Source: Macrostomum lignano (Eukaryota). From it: a DNA stretch of 64,000 nucleotides. Below the pieces are notes generated by a model, which was not told the DNA's origin, did no database searches, and saw nothing but the letters and a program-made list of their open reading frames with translations. The translations under genes were made by a program, and so were the position numbers. The DNA is taken from the NCBI GenBank assembly GCA_002269645.1, contig NIVC01003311.1, positions 40,535 through 104,534 on the forward strand, read 5' to 3'. Below are positions 48,161 through 61,700 of the stretch, in pieces; within the stretch, counting starts at the first letter, position 1; each line of letters begins with the position of its first letter.

Positions 48161-48484
48161 CACATCACATCACACATCGCAGGTGCATTACTCCCCACCA
48201 GTTGCTACGGCAGTGACTAATTATAAACAAAAACAATTTCTGTTAGCTATTAGTATGACTTTCCAAGTCCTAAATCAGTAAGATGAAAAAGATCTCTCGC
48301 GCAAGTGAAAGTCGAAAGCATCAGAGAAATATTCCCTGTCAGACAAGACGCAAAGAAGACCCTAAGATTTCGTTAAATTACAGAACAGAACTGCAGTTAT
48401 GAACATCTACTAATTAGCTCTGTAACTGTAGGCCCATTCCACTTGCATGTGCAGCCGCCCTTTTTGTGAAAACCCATACCTAAC

Positions 48485-48486
<2 letters not shown>

Positions 48487-48520
<34 letters not shown>
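48487..48520. repeat. (GT)n microsatellite
   Basis: Direct inspection. Confidence 0.95.
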
Positions 48521-48524
<4 letters not shown>

Positions 48525-49709
48525 GCACGGGGCATTTGTTGGGCCATACGCATACAACGGGACCCGCGCTGTTGGGCCAAAAAAAATGTTGGGACTGTCC
48601 CATCAAGTCCGTCCAACACTTCCAAAAAACTTACAATAGCAGCTCAAAAAAATACTCTATGGATTCAGCTCGACAGCCTCTTTTTGATGGTGCAACTCAT
48701 TTTTAATAATTTTACTTTCTGAGTCCATAATTAAGCAAAAACTGGCGTCCCAATAATGAAAAATGATACAAAATTCGACCAAATCACTATTGGGACACTG
48801 AAATGGCTAATCTGCTCCCGTATATTTTTATTGGTTTTTTCTCATATTTTTACTAATAGTAGATTTCAAGCGCATTCATTTGCTGCAGTCTTTATTTCAA
48901 GACTTATATACATAGCATACATTAAATACATACAAAGCAAAGCATAGCAAAACACTTTTAAGGGTATTTTATTGTCAAAGGATGGTTCTGGATGGAGATA
49001 AACCTAAAGAAATGACAAGGGCTTACATGTACTTCTGACTGTGATGGGCATCAGTAGTACTCTACACGAACTAAATTGTTAGGACAGTGTTGCAGTGTTT
49101 AATACAACAGCCTACTCTTGTTAGGACTTGCTATTGACTGCTGCGTGCATTCGATATTCTATAAATTGTTGGGACTGTGTGCTACAGTGTCGTTTACAAT
49201 AGCCCACTTCTATTAGGACTTACCCCGTACATGTTAGGACTAAGCCCTACCCCCCTGTGTACATGGCTCCAATTTACCAGAGTCCCCTTGCTAGTTAAGT
49301 GTACATTTATTTTGGTCTATTATTGACGCCACCCCGCAAACTTACGGTAAACAAAATTGGCATGTACTCGCTATGCTGAAATCAATGGTCAACTCTGCCT
49401 CTGCCATGGCACCCGAGTCACCATGGTATGGAAAGAACAGCATGGAATGGCACAGCGATAAAAATGTAAGTGGTATTAAAAGAAATTGTCGGAAACAAGA
49501 AGCATTTATATTTAAATGCTATAAAAAATACTGCTCCTACTTATTTCTATCTCTACTTCAGGGATATCATCTTTGCTGAACTGTCATGTGGCGCAATTGC
49601 CAAAGGATCCGTCGACTTTAACCGGTAGGCTGTAAAAGCTTTGAGTAAAACTTGACATTTCGTCTGAATCCATTGACATTCAATAGCCTACGTGTCCAAC
49701 CACAAAAAT

Positions 49710-52700
49710 TATAAGTTTTTTACTTTTAACTCTCAGATTGGGTCTTAGCAGATTCTATAGCTATGCATGCAAGGGCCCCTCAGAGGAGATGCTTAAACAC
49801 TGCAGTGCATTTTTCCTAGCAATTATTGGGACACGAAGTGTTGGGCCACTGTGTGTGTGTGTCTAGTTTTTTCCGCATTTGTTAAGTCACCTAAAGAACT
49901 CAATTAATAAAGGGCTCCAGAACAAATTGATGGGCAAACGGATGACACACTGCACAGAGACTTGTTGGGACATATTAAAAACAGCTTATTTTAGAATGAG
50001 TACACTTTACTAAAGTAGAATGCTCCTACAGAAAGCTGCAAGCAAACTAGCATCTTCTGGAGCAGACATGCAGAGAAGAATGATTTTGTCGTCCTTGAAA
50101 TCACTAAATAGATATGCGAAATCGATCTTTTGCTAATCCCACCACAGGTTCCAGTGAAAAGAAGAAACGAAACCCATTGACTAAATTGGCAGTCGACTCA
50201 ATCGATGCCGACTGCAACGGACCTGTCAGCTTCGAACTCAGGAGAGCAGCTAATAGTCTACGAGAGTAATGCTAGATGCCAGAATGCTTCACAGCATCAA
50301 AGTCTTAAGCAGAAGCTTTAATGAAAGGTTAGTTCATGCTGTGGCTGCATTCGTTTTCGTGTCTAGAAGCGTTATAACTTTTTGTACTTTTAACTCTCAG
50401 ATCGGGTCTTAGCAGATTCTATAGCTATGCATGCAAGGGCCCCTCAGAGGAGATGCTTAAACACTGCAGTGCATTTTTCCTAGCAATTATTGGGACACGA
50501 AGTGTTGGGCCACTGTGTGTGTGTGTCTAGTTTTTTCCGCATTTGTTAAGTCACCTAAAGAACTCAATTAATAAAGGGCTCCAGAACAAATTGATGGGCA
50601 AACGGATGACACACTGCACAGAGACTTGTTGGGACATATTAAAAACAGCTTATTTTAGAATGGGTACACTTTACTAAAGTAGAATGCTCCTACAGAAAGC
50701 TGCAAGCAAACTAGCATCTTCTGGAGCTGACATGCAGAGAAGAATGATTTTGTCGTCCTTGAAATCACTAAATAGATATGCGAAATCGATCTTTTGCTAA
50801 TCCCACAACAGGTTCCAGTGAAAAGAAGAAACGAAACCCATTGACTAAATTGGCAGTCGACTCAATCGATGCCGACTGCAACGGACCTGTCAGCTTCGAA
50901 CTCAGGAGAGCAGCTAATAGTCTACGAGAGTAATGCTAGATGCCAGAATGCTTCACAGCATCAAAGTCTTTAAAGCAGAAGCTTCAATGAAAGGTTAGTT
51001 CATGCTGTGGCTGCATTCGTTTTCGTGTCTAGAAGCGTTATAACTTTTTGTACTTTTAACTCTCAGATCGGGTCTTAGCAGATTCTATAGCTATGCATGC
51101 AAGGGCCCCTCAGAGGAGATGCTTAAACACTGCAGTGCATTTTTCCTAGCAATTATTGGGACACGAAGTGTTGGGCCACTGTGTGTGTGTGTCTAGTTTT
51201 TTCCGCATTTGTTAAGTCACCTAAAGAACTCAATTAATAAAGGGCTCCAGAACAAATTGATGGGCAAACGGATGACACACTGCACAGAGACTTGTTGGGA
51301 CATATTAAAAACAGCTTATTTTAGAATGGTACACTTTACTAAAGTAGAATGCTCCTACAGAAAGCTGCAAGCAAACTAGCATCTTCTGGAGCAGACATGC
51401 AGAGAAGAATGATTTTGTCGTCCTTGAAATCACTAAATAGATATGCGAAATCGATCTTTTGCTAATCCCACCACAGGTTCCAGTGAAAAGAAGAAACGAA
51501 ACCCATTGACTAAATTGGCAGTCGACTCAATCGATGCCGACTGCAACGGACCTGTCAGCTTCGAACTCAGGAGAGCAGCTAATAGTCTACGAGAGTAATG
51601 CTAGATGCCAGAATGCTTCACAGCATCAAAGTCTTAAGCAGAAGCTTCAATGAAAGGTTAGTTCATGCTGTGGCTGCATTCGTTTTCGTGTCTAGAAGCG
51701 TTATAACTTTTTGTACTTTTAACTCTCAGATCGGGTCTTAGCAGATTCTATAGCTATGCATGCAAGGGCCCCTCAGAGGAGATGCTTAAACACTGCAGTG
51801 CATTTTTCCTAGCAATTATTGGGACACGAAGTGTTGGGCCACTGTGTGTGTGTGTCTAGTTTTTTCCGCATTTGTTAAGTCACCTAAAGAACTCAATTAA
51901 TAAAGGGCTCCAGAACAAATTGATGGGCAAACGGATGACACACTGCACAGAGACTTGTTGGGACATATTAAAAACAGCTTATTTTAGAATGGGTACACTT
52001 TACTAAAGTAGAATGCTCCTACAGAAAGCTGCAAGCAAACTAGCATCTTCTGGAGCTGACATGCAGAGAAGAATGATTTTGTCGTCCTTGAAATCACTAA
52101 ATAGATATGCGAAATCGATCTTTTGCTAATCCCACAACAGGTTCCAGTGAAAAGAAGAAACGAAACCCATTGACTAAATTGGCAGTCGACTCAATCGATG
52201 CCGACTGCAACGGACCTGTCAGCTTCGAACTCAGGAGAGCAGCTAATAGTCTACGAGAGTAATGCTAGATGCCAGAATGCTTCACAGCATCAAAGTCTTA
52301 AGCAGAAGCTTCAATGAAAGGTTAGTTCATGCTGTGGCTGCATTCGTTTTCGTGTCTAGAAGCGTTATAACTTTTTGTACTTTTAACTCTCAGATCGGGT
52401 CTTAGCAGATTCTATAGCTATGCATGCAAGGGCCCCTCAGAGGAGATGCTTAAACACTGCAGTGCATTTTTCCTAGCAATTATTGGGACACGAAGTGTTG
52501 GGCCACTGTGTGTGTGTGTCTAGTTTTTTCCGCATTTGTTAAGTCACCTAAAGAACTCAATTAATAAAGGGCTCCAGAACAAATTGATGGGCAAACGGAT
52601 GACACACTGCACAGAGACTTGTTGGGACATATTAAAAACAGCTTATTTTAGAATGGGTACACTTTACTAAAGTAGAATGCTCCTACAGAAAGCTGCAAGC

Positions 52701-55700
52701 AAACTAGCATCTTCTGGAGCTGACATGCAGAGAAGAATGATTTTGTCGTCCTTGAAATCACTAAATAGATATGCGAAATCGATCTTTTGCTAATCCCACC
52801 ACAGGTTCCAGTGAAAAGAAGAAACGAAACCCATTGACTAAATTGGCAGTCGACTCAATCGATGCCGACTGCAACGGACCTGTCAGCTTCGAACTCAGGA
52901 GAGCAGCTAATAGTCTACGAGAGTAATGCTAGATGCCAGAATGCTTCACAGCATCAAAGTCTTAAAGCAGAAGCTTCAATGAAAGGTTAGTTCATGCTGT
53001 GGCTGCATTCGTTTTCGTGTCTAGAAGCGTTATAACTTTTTGTACTTTTAACTCTCAGATCGGGTCTTAGCAGATTCTATAGCTATGCATGCAAGGGCCC
53101 CTCAGAGGAGATGCTTAAACACTGCAGTGCATTTTTCCTAGCAATTATTGGGACACGAAGTGTTGGGCCACTGTGTGTGTGTGTCTAGTTTTTTCCGCAT
53201 TTGTTAAGTCACCTAAAGAACTCAATTAATAAAGGGCTCCAGAACAAATTGATGGGCAAACGGATGACACACTGCACAGAGACTTGTTGGGACATATTAA
53301 AAACAGCTTATTTTAGAATGGGTACACTTTACTAAAGTAGAATGCTCCTACAGAAAGCTGCAAGCAAACTAGCATCTTCTGGAGCTGACATGCAGAGAAG
53401 AATGATTTTGTCGTCCTTGAAATCACTAAATAGATATGCGAAATCGATCTTTTGCTAATCCCACCACAGGTTCCAGTGAAAAGAAGAAACGAAACCCATT
53501 GACTAAATTGGCAGTCGACTCAATCGATGCCGACTGCAACGGACCTGTCAGCTTCGAACTCAGGAGAGCAGCTAATAGTCTACGAGAGTAATGCTAGATG
53601 CCAGAATGCTTCACAGCATCAAAGTCTTAAGCAGAAGCTTCAATGAAAGGTTAGTTCATGCTGTGGCTGCATTCGTTTTCGTGTCTAGAAGCGTTATAAC
53701 TTTTTGTACTTTTAACTCTCAGATCGGGTCTTAGCAGATTCTATAGCTATGCATGCAAGGGCCCCTCAGAGGAGATGCTTAAACACTGCAGTGCATTTTT
53801 CCTAGCAATTATTGGGACACGAAGTGTTGGGCCACTGTGTGTGTGTGTCTAGTTTTTTCCGCATTTGTTAAGTCACCTAAAGAACTCAATTAATAAAGGG
53901 CTCCAGAACAAATTGATGGGCAAACGGATGACACACTGCACAGAGACTTGTTGGGACATATTAAAAACAGCTTATTTTAGAATGGGTACACTTTACTAAA
54001 GTAGAATGCTCCTACAGAAAGCTGCAAGCAAACTAGCATCTTCTGGAGCTGACATGCAGAGAAGAATGATTTTGTCGTCCTTGAAATCACTAAATAGATA
54101 TGCGAAATCGATCTTTTGCTAATCCCACCACAGGTTCCAGTGAAAAGAAGAAACGAAACCCATTGACTAAATTGGCAGTCGACTCAATCGATGCCGACTG
54201 CAACGGACCTGTCAGCTTCGAACTCAGGAGAGCAGCTAATAGTCTACGAGAGTAATGCTAGATGCCAGAATGCTTCACAGCATCAAAGTCTTAAGCAGAA
54301 GCTTCAATGAAAGGTTAGTTCATGCTGTGGCTGCATTCGTTTTCGTGTCTAGAAGCGTTATAACTTTTTGTACTTTTAACTCTCAGATCGGGTCTTAGCA
54401 GATTCTATAGCTATGCATGCAAGGGCCCCTCAGAGGAGATGCTTAAACACTGCAGTGCATTTTTCCTAGCAATTATTGGGACACGAAGTGTTGGGCCACT
54501 GTGTGTGTGTGTCTAGTTTTTTCCGCATTTGTTAAGTCACCTAAAGAACTCAATTAATAAAGGGCTCCAGAACAAATTGATGGGCAAACGGATGACACAC
54601 TGCACAGAGACTTGTTGGGACATATTAAAAACAGCTTATTTTAGAATGGGTACACTTTACTAAAGTAGAATGCTCCTACAGAAAGCTGCAAGCAAACTAG
54701 CATCTTCTGGAGCTGACATGCAGAGAAGAATGATTTTGTCGTCCTTGAAATCACTAAATAGATATGCGAAATCGATCTTTTGCTAATCCCACCACAGGTT
54801 CCAGTGAAAAGAAGAAACGAAACCCATTGACTAAATTGGCAGTCGACTCAATCGATGCCGACTGCAACGGACCTGTCAGCTTCGAACTCAGGAGAGCAGC
54901 TAATAGTCTACGAGAGTAATGCTAGATGCCAGAATGCTTCACAGCATCAAAGTCTTAAGCAGAAGCTTCAATGAAAGGTTAGTTCATGCTGTGGCTGCAT
55001 TCGTTTTCGTGTCTAGAAGCGTTATAACTTTTTGTACTTTTAACTCTCAGATCGGGTCTTAGCAGATTCTATAGCTATGCATGCAAGGGCCCCTCAGAGG
55101 AGATGCTTAAACACTGCAGTGCATTTTTCCTAGCAATTATTGGGACACGAAGTGTTGGGCCACTGTGTGTGTGTGTCTAGTTTTTTCCGCATTTGTTAAG
55201 TCACCTAAAGAACTCAATTAATAAAGGGCTCCAGAACAAATTGATGGGCAAACGGATGACACACTGCACAGAGACTTGTTGGGACATATTAAAAACAGCT
55301 TATTTTAGAATGGGTACACTTTACTAAAGTAGAATGCTCCTACAGAAAGCTGCAAGCAAACTAGCATCTTCTGGAGCTGACATGCAGAGAAGAATGATTT
55401 TGTCGTCCTTGAAATCACTAAATAGATATGCGAAATCGATCTTTTGCTAATCCCACCACAGGTTCCAGTGAAAAGAAGAAACGAAACCCATTGACTAAAT
55501 TGGCAGTCGACTCAATCGATGCCGACTGCAACGGACCTGTCAGCTTCGAACTCAGGAGAGCAGCTAATAGTCTACGAGAGTAATGCTAGATGCCAGAATG
55601 CTTCACAGCATCAAAGTCTTAAGCAGAAGCTTCAATGAAAGGTTAGTTCATGCTGTGGCTGCATTCGTTTTCGTGTCTAGAAGCGTTATAACTTTTTGTA

Positions 55701-58700
55701 CTTTTAACTCTCAGATCGGGTCTTAGCAGATTCTATAGCTATGCATGCAAGGGCCCCTCAGAGGAGATGCTTAAACACTGCAGTGCATTTTTCCTAGCAA
55801 TTATTGGGACACGAAGTGTTGGGCCACTGTGTGTGTGTGTCTAGTTTTTTCCGCATTTGTTAAGTCACCTAAAGAACTCAATTAATAAAGGGCTCCAGAA
55901 CAAATTGATGGGCAAACGGATGACACACTGCACAGAGACTTGTTGGGACATATTAAAAACAGCTTATTTTAGAATGGGTACACTTTACTAAAGTAGAATG
56001 CTCCTACAGAAAGCTGCAAGCAAACTAGCATCTTCTGGAGCTGACATGCAGAGAAGAATGATTTTGTCGTCCTTGAAATCACTAAATAGATATGCGAAAT
56101 CGATCTTTTGCTAATCCCACCACAGGTTCCAGTGAAAAGAAGAAACGAAACCCATTGACTAAATTGGCAGTCGACTCAATCGATGCCGACTGCAACGGAC
56201 CTGTCAGCTTCGAACTCAGGAGAGCAGCTAATAGTCTACGAGAGTAATGCTAGATGCCAGAATGCTTCACAGCATCAAAGTCTTAAGCAGAAGCTTCAAT
56301 GAAAGGTTAGTTCATGCTGTGGCTGCATTCGTTTTCGTGTCTAGAAGCGTTATAACTTTTTGTACTTTTAACTCTCAGATCGGGTCTTAGCAGATTCTAT
56401 AGCTATGCATGCAAGGGCCCCTCAGAGGAGATGCTTAAACACTGCAGTGCATTTTTCCTAGCAATTATTGGGACACGAAGTGTTGGGCCACTGTGTGTGT
56501 GTCTAGTTTTTTCCGCATTTGTTAAGTCACCTAAAGAACTCAATTAATAAAGGGCTCCAGAACAAATTGATGGGCAAACGGATGACACACTGCACAGAGA
56601 CTTGTTGGGACATATTAAAAACAGCTTATTTTAGAATGGGTACACTTTACTAAAGTAGAATGCTCCTACAGAAAGCTGCAAGCAAACTAGCATCTTCTGG
56701 AGCTGACATGCAGAGAAGAATGATTTTGTCGTCCTTGAAATCACTAAATAGATATGCGAAATCGATCTTTTGCTAATCCCACCACAGGTTCCAGTGAAAA
56801 GAAGAAACGAAACCCATTGACTAAATTGGCAGTCGACTCAATCGATGCCGACTGCAACGGACCTGTCAGCTTCGAACTCAGGAGAGCAGCTAATAGTCTA
56901 CGAGAGTAATGCTAGATGCCAGAATGCTTCACAGCATCAAAGTCTTAAGCAGAAGCTTCAATGAAAGGTTAGTTCATGCTGTGGCTGCATTCGTTTTCGT
57001 GTCTAGAAGCGTTATAACTTTTTGTACTTTTAACTCTCAGATCGGGTCTTAGCAGATTCTATAGCTATGCATGCAAGGGCCCCTCAGAGGAGATGCTTAA
57101 ACACTGCAGTGCATTTTTCCTAGCAATTATTGGGACACGAAGTGTTGGGCCACTGTGTGTGTGTGTCTAGTTTTTTCCGCATTTGTTAAGTCACCTAAAG
57201 AACTCAATTAATAAAGGGCTCCAGAACAAATTGATGGGCAAACGGATGACACACTGCACAGAGACTTGTTGGGACATATTAAAAACAGCTTATTTTAGAA
57301 TGGGTACACTTTACTAAAGTAGAATGCTCCTACAGAAAGCTGCAAGCAAACTAGCATCTTCTGGAGCTGACATGCAGAGAAGAATGATTTTGTCGTCCTT
57401 GAAATCACTAAATAGATATGCGAAATCGATCTTTTGCTAATCCCACCACAGGTTCCAGTGAAAAGAAGAAACGAAACCCATTGACTAAATTGGCAGTCGA
57501 CTCAATCGATGCCGACTGCAACGGACCTGTCAGCTTCGAACTCAGGAGAGCAGCTAATAGTCTACGAGAGTAATGCTAGATGCCAGAATGCTTCACAGCA
57601 TCAAAGTCTTAAGCAGAAGCTTCAATGAAAGGTTAGTTCATGCTGTGGCTGCATTCGTTTTCGTGTCTAGAAGCGTTATAACTTTTTGTACTTTTAACTC
57701 TCAGATCGGGTCTTAGCAGATTCTATAGCTATGCATGCAAGGGCCCCTCAGAGGAGATGCTTAAACACTGCAGTGCATTTTTCCTAGCAATTATTGGGAC
57801 ACGAAGTGTTGGGCCACTGTGTGTGTGTGTCTAGTTTTTTCCGCATTTGTTAAGTCACCTAAAGAACTCAATTAATAAAGGGCTCCAGAACAAATTGATG
57901 GGCAAACGGATGACACACTGCACAGAGACTTGTTGGGACATATTAAAAACAGCTTATTTTAGAATGGGTACACTTTACTAAAGTAGAATGCTCCTACAGA
58001 AAGCTGCAAGCAAACTAGCATCTTCTGGAGCTGACATGCAGAGAAGAATGATTTTGTCGTCCTTGAAATCACTAAATAGATATGCGAAATCGATCTTTTG
58101 CTAATCCCACCACAGGTTCCAGTGAAAAGAAGAAACGAAACCCATTGACTAAATTGGCAGTCGACTCAATCGATGCCGACTGCAACGGACCTGTCAGCTT
58201 CGAACTCAGGAGAGCAGCTAATAGTCTACGAGAGTAATGCTAGATGCCAGAATGCTTCACAGCATCAAAGTCTTAAGCAGAAGCTTCAATGAAAGGTTAG
58301 TTCATGCTGTGGCTGCATTCGTTTTCGTGTCTAGAAGCGTTATAACTTTTTGTACTTTTAACTCTCAGATCGGGTCTTAGCAGATTCTATAGCTATGCAT
58401 GCAAGGGCCCCTCAGAGGAGATGCTTAAACACTGCAGTGCATTTTTCCTAGCAATTATTGGGACACGAAGTGTTGGGCCACTGTGTGTGTGTCTAGTTTT
58501 TTCCGCATTTGTTAAGTCACCTAAAGAACTCAATTAATAAAGGGCTCCAGAACAAATTGATGGGCAAACGGATGACACACTGCACAGAGACTTGTTGGGA
58601 CATATTAAAAACAGCTTATTTTAGAATGGGTACACTTTACTAAAGTAGAATGCTCCTACAGAAAGCTGCAAGCAAACTAGCATCTTCTGGAGCTGACATG

Positions 58701-61700
58701 CAGAGAAGAATGATTTTGTCGTCCTTGAAATCACTAAATAGATATGCGAAATCGATCTTTTGCTAATCCCACCACAGGTTCCAGTGAAAAGAAGAAACGA
58801 AACCCATTGACTAAATTGGCAGTCGACTCAATCGATGCCGACTGCAACGGACCTGTCAGCTTCGAACTCAGGAGAGCAGCTAATAGTCTACGAGAGTAAT
58901 GCTAGATGCCAGAATGCTTCACAGCATCAAAGTCTTAAGCAGAAGCTTCAATGAAAGGTTAGTTCATGCTGTGGCTGCATTCGTTTTCGTGTCTAGAAGC
59001 GTTATAACTTTTTGTACTTTTAACTCTCAGATCGGGTCTTAGCAGATTCTATAGCTATGCATGCAAGGGCCCCTCAGAGGAGATGCTTAAACACTGCAGT
59101 GCATTTTTCCTAGCAATTATTGGGACACGAAGTGTTGGGCCACTGTGTGTGTGTCTAGTTTTTTCCGCATTTGTTAAGTCACCTAAAGAACTCAATTAAT
59201 AAAGGGCTCCAGAACAAATTGATGGGCAAACGGATGACACACTGCACAGAGACTTGTTGGGACATATTAAAAACAGCTTATTTTAGAATGGGTACACTTT
59301 ACTAAAGTAGAATGCTCCTACAGAAAGCTGCAAGCAAACTAGCATCTTCTGGAGCTGACATGCAGAGAAGAATGATTTTGTCGTCCTTGAAATCACTAAA
59401 TAGATATGCGAAATCGATCTTTTGCTAATCCCACCACAGGTTCCAGTGAAAAGAAGAAACGAAACCCATTGACTAAATTGGCAGTCGACTCAATCGATGC
59501 CGACTGCAACGGACCTGTCAGCTTCGAACTCAGGAGAGCAGCTAATAGTCTACGAGAGTAATGCTAGATGCCAGAATGCTTCACAGCATCAAAGTCTTAA
59601 GCAGAAGCTTCAATGAAAGGTTAGTTCATGCTGTGGCTGCATTCGTTTTCGTGTCTAGAAGCGTTATAACTTTTTGTACTTTTAACTCTCAGATCGGGTC
59701 TTAGCAGATTCTATAGCTATGCATGCAAGGGCCCCTCAGAGGAGATGCTTAAACACTGCAGTGCATTTTTCCTAGCAATTATTGGGACACGAAGTGTTGG
59801 GCCACTGTGTGTGTGTGTCTAGTTTTTTCCGCATTTGTTAAGTCACCTAAAGAACTCAATTAATAAAGGGCTCCAGAACAAATTGATGGGCAAACGGATG
59901 ACACACTGCACAGAGACTTGTTGGGACATATTAAAAACAGCTTATTTTAGAATGGGTACACTTTACTAAAGTAGAATGCTCCTACAGAAAGCTGCAAGCA
60001 AACTAGCATCTTCTGGAGCTGACATGCAGAGAAGAATGATTTTGTCGTCCTTGAAATCACTAAATAGATATGCGAAATCGATCTTTTGCTAATCCCACCA
60101 CAGGTTCCAGTGAAAAGAAGAAACGAAACCCATTGACTAAATTGGCAGTCGACTCAATCGATGCCGACTGCAACGGACCTGTCAGCTTCGAACTCAGGAG
60201 AGCAGCTAATAGTCTACGAGAGTAATGCTAGATGCCAGAATGCTTCACAGCATCAAAGTCTTAAGCAGAAGCTTCAATGAAAGGTTAGTTCATGCTGTGG
60301 CTGCATTCGTTTTCGTGTCTAGAAGCGTTATAACTTTTTGTACTTTTAACTCTCAGATCGGGTCTTAGCAGATTCTATAGCTATGCATGCAAGGGCCCCT
60401 CAGAGGAGATGCTTAAACACTGCAGTGCATTTTTCCTAGCAATTATTGGGACACGAAGTGTTGGGCCACTGTGTGTGTGTGTCTAGTTTTTTCCGCATTT
60501 GTTAAGTCACCTAAAGAACTCAATTAATAAAGGGCTCCAGAACAAATTGATGGGCAAACGGATGACACACTGCACAGAGACTTGTTGGGACATATTAAAA
60601 ACAGCTTATTTTAGAATGGGTACACTTTACTAAAGTAGAATGCTCCTACAGAAAGCTGCAAGCAAACTAGCATCTTCTGGAGCTGACATGCAGAGAAGAA
60701 TGATTTTGTCGTCCTTGAAATCACTAAATAGATATGCGAAATCGATCTTTTGCTAATCCCACCACAGGTTCCAGTGAAAAGAAGAAACGAAACCCATTGA
60801 CTAAATTGGCAGTCGACTCAATCGATGCCGACTGCAACGGACCTGTCAGCTTCGAACTCAGGAGAGCAGCTAATAGTCTACGAGAGTAATGCTAGATGCC
60901 AGAATGCTTCACAGCATCAAAGTCTTAAGCAGAAGCTTCAATGAAAGGTTAGTTCATGCTGTGGCTGCATTCGTTTTCGTGTCTAGAAGCGTTATAACTT
61001 TTTGTACTTTTAACTCTCAGATCGGGTCTTAGCAGATTCTATAGCTATGCATGCAAGGGCCCCTCAGAGGAGATGCTTAAACACTGCAGTGCATTTTTCC
61101 TAGCAATTATTGGGACACGAAGTGTTGGGCCACTGTGTGTGTGTGTCTAGTTTTTTCCGCATTTGTTAAGTCACCTAAAGAACTCAATTAATAAAGGGCT
61201 CCAGAACAAATTGATGGGCAAACGGATGACACACTGCACAGAGACTTGTTGGGACATATTAAAAACAGCTTATTTTAGAATGGGTACACTTTACTAAAGT
61301 AGAATGCTCCTACAGAAAGCTGCAAGCAAACTAGCATCTTCTGGAGCTGACATGCAGAGAAGAATGATTTTGTCGTCCTTGAAATCACTAAATAGATATG
61401 CGAAATCGATCTTTTGCTAATCCCACCACAGGTTCCAGTGAAAAGAAGAAACGAAACCCATTGACTAAATTGGCAGTCGACTCAATCGATGCCGACTGCA
61501 ACGGACCTGTCAGCTTCGAACTCAGGAGAGCAGCTAATAGTCTACGAGAGTAATGCTAGATGCCAGAATGCTTCACAGCATCAAAGTCTTAAGCAGAAGC
61601 TTCAATGAAAGGTTAGTTCATGCTGTGGCTGCATTCGTTTTCGTGTCTAGAAGCGTTATAACTTTTTGTACTTTTAACTCTCAGATCGGGTCTTAGCAGA

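Noticed and set aside
49340-49624. Faint resemblance of LCHGTRV and IIFAELSCG...V..NR to the Pif1/Helitron helicase segment GLCNGTR...VIxAxILTG
   Set aside because: The match is short, needs a frameshift, and no other helicase or Rep motifs were seen. Only a profile search could support it.
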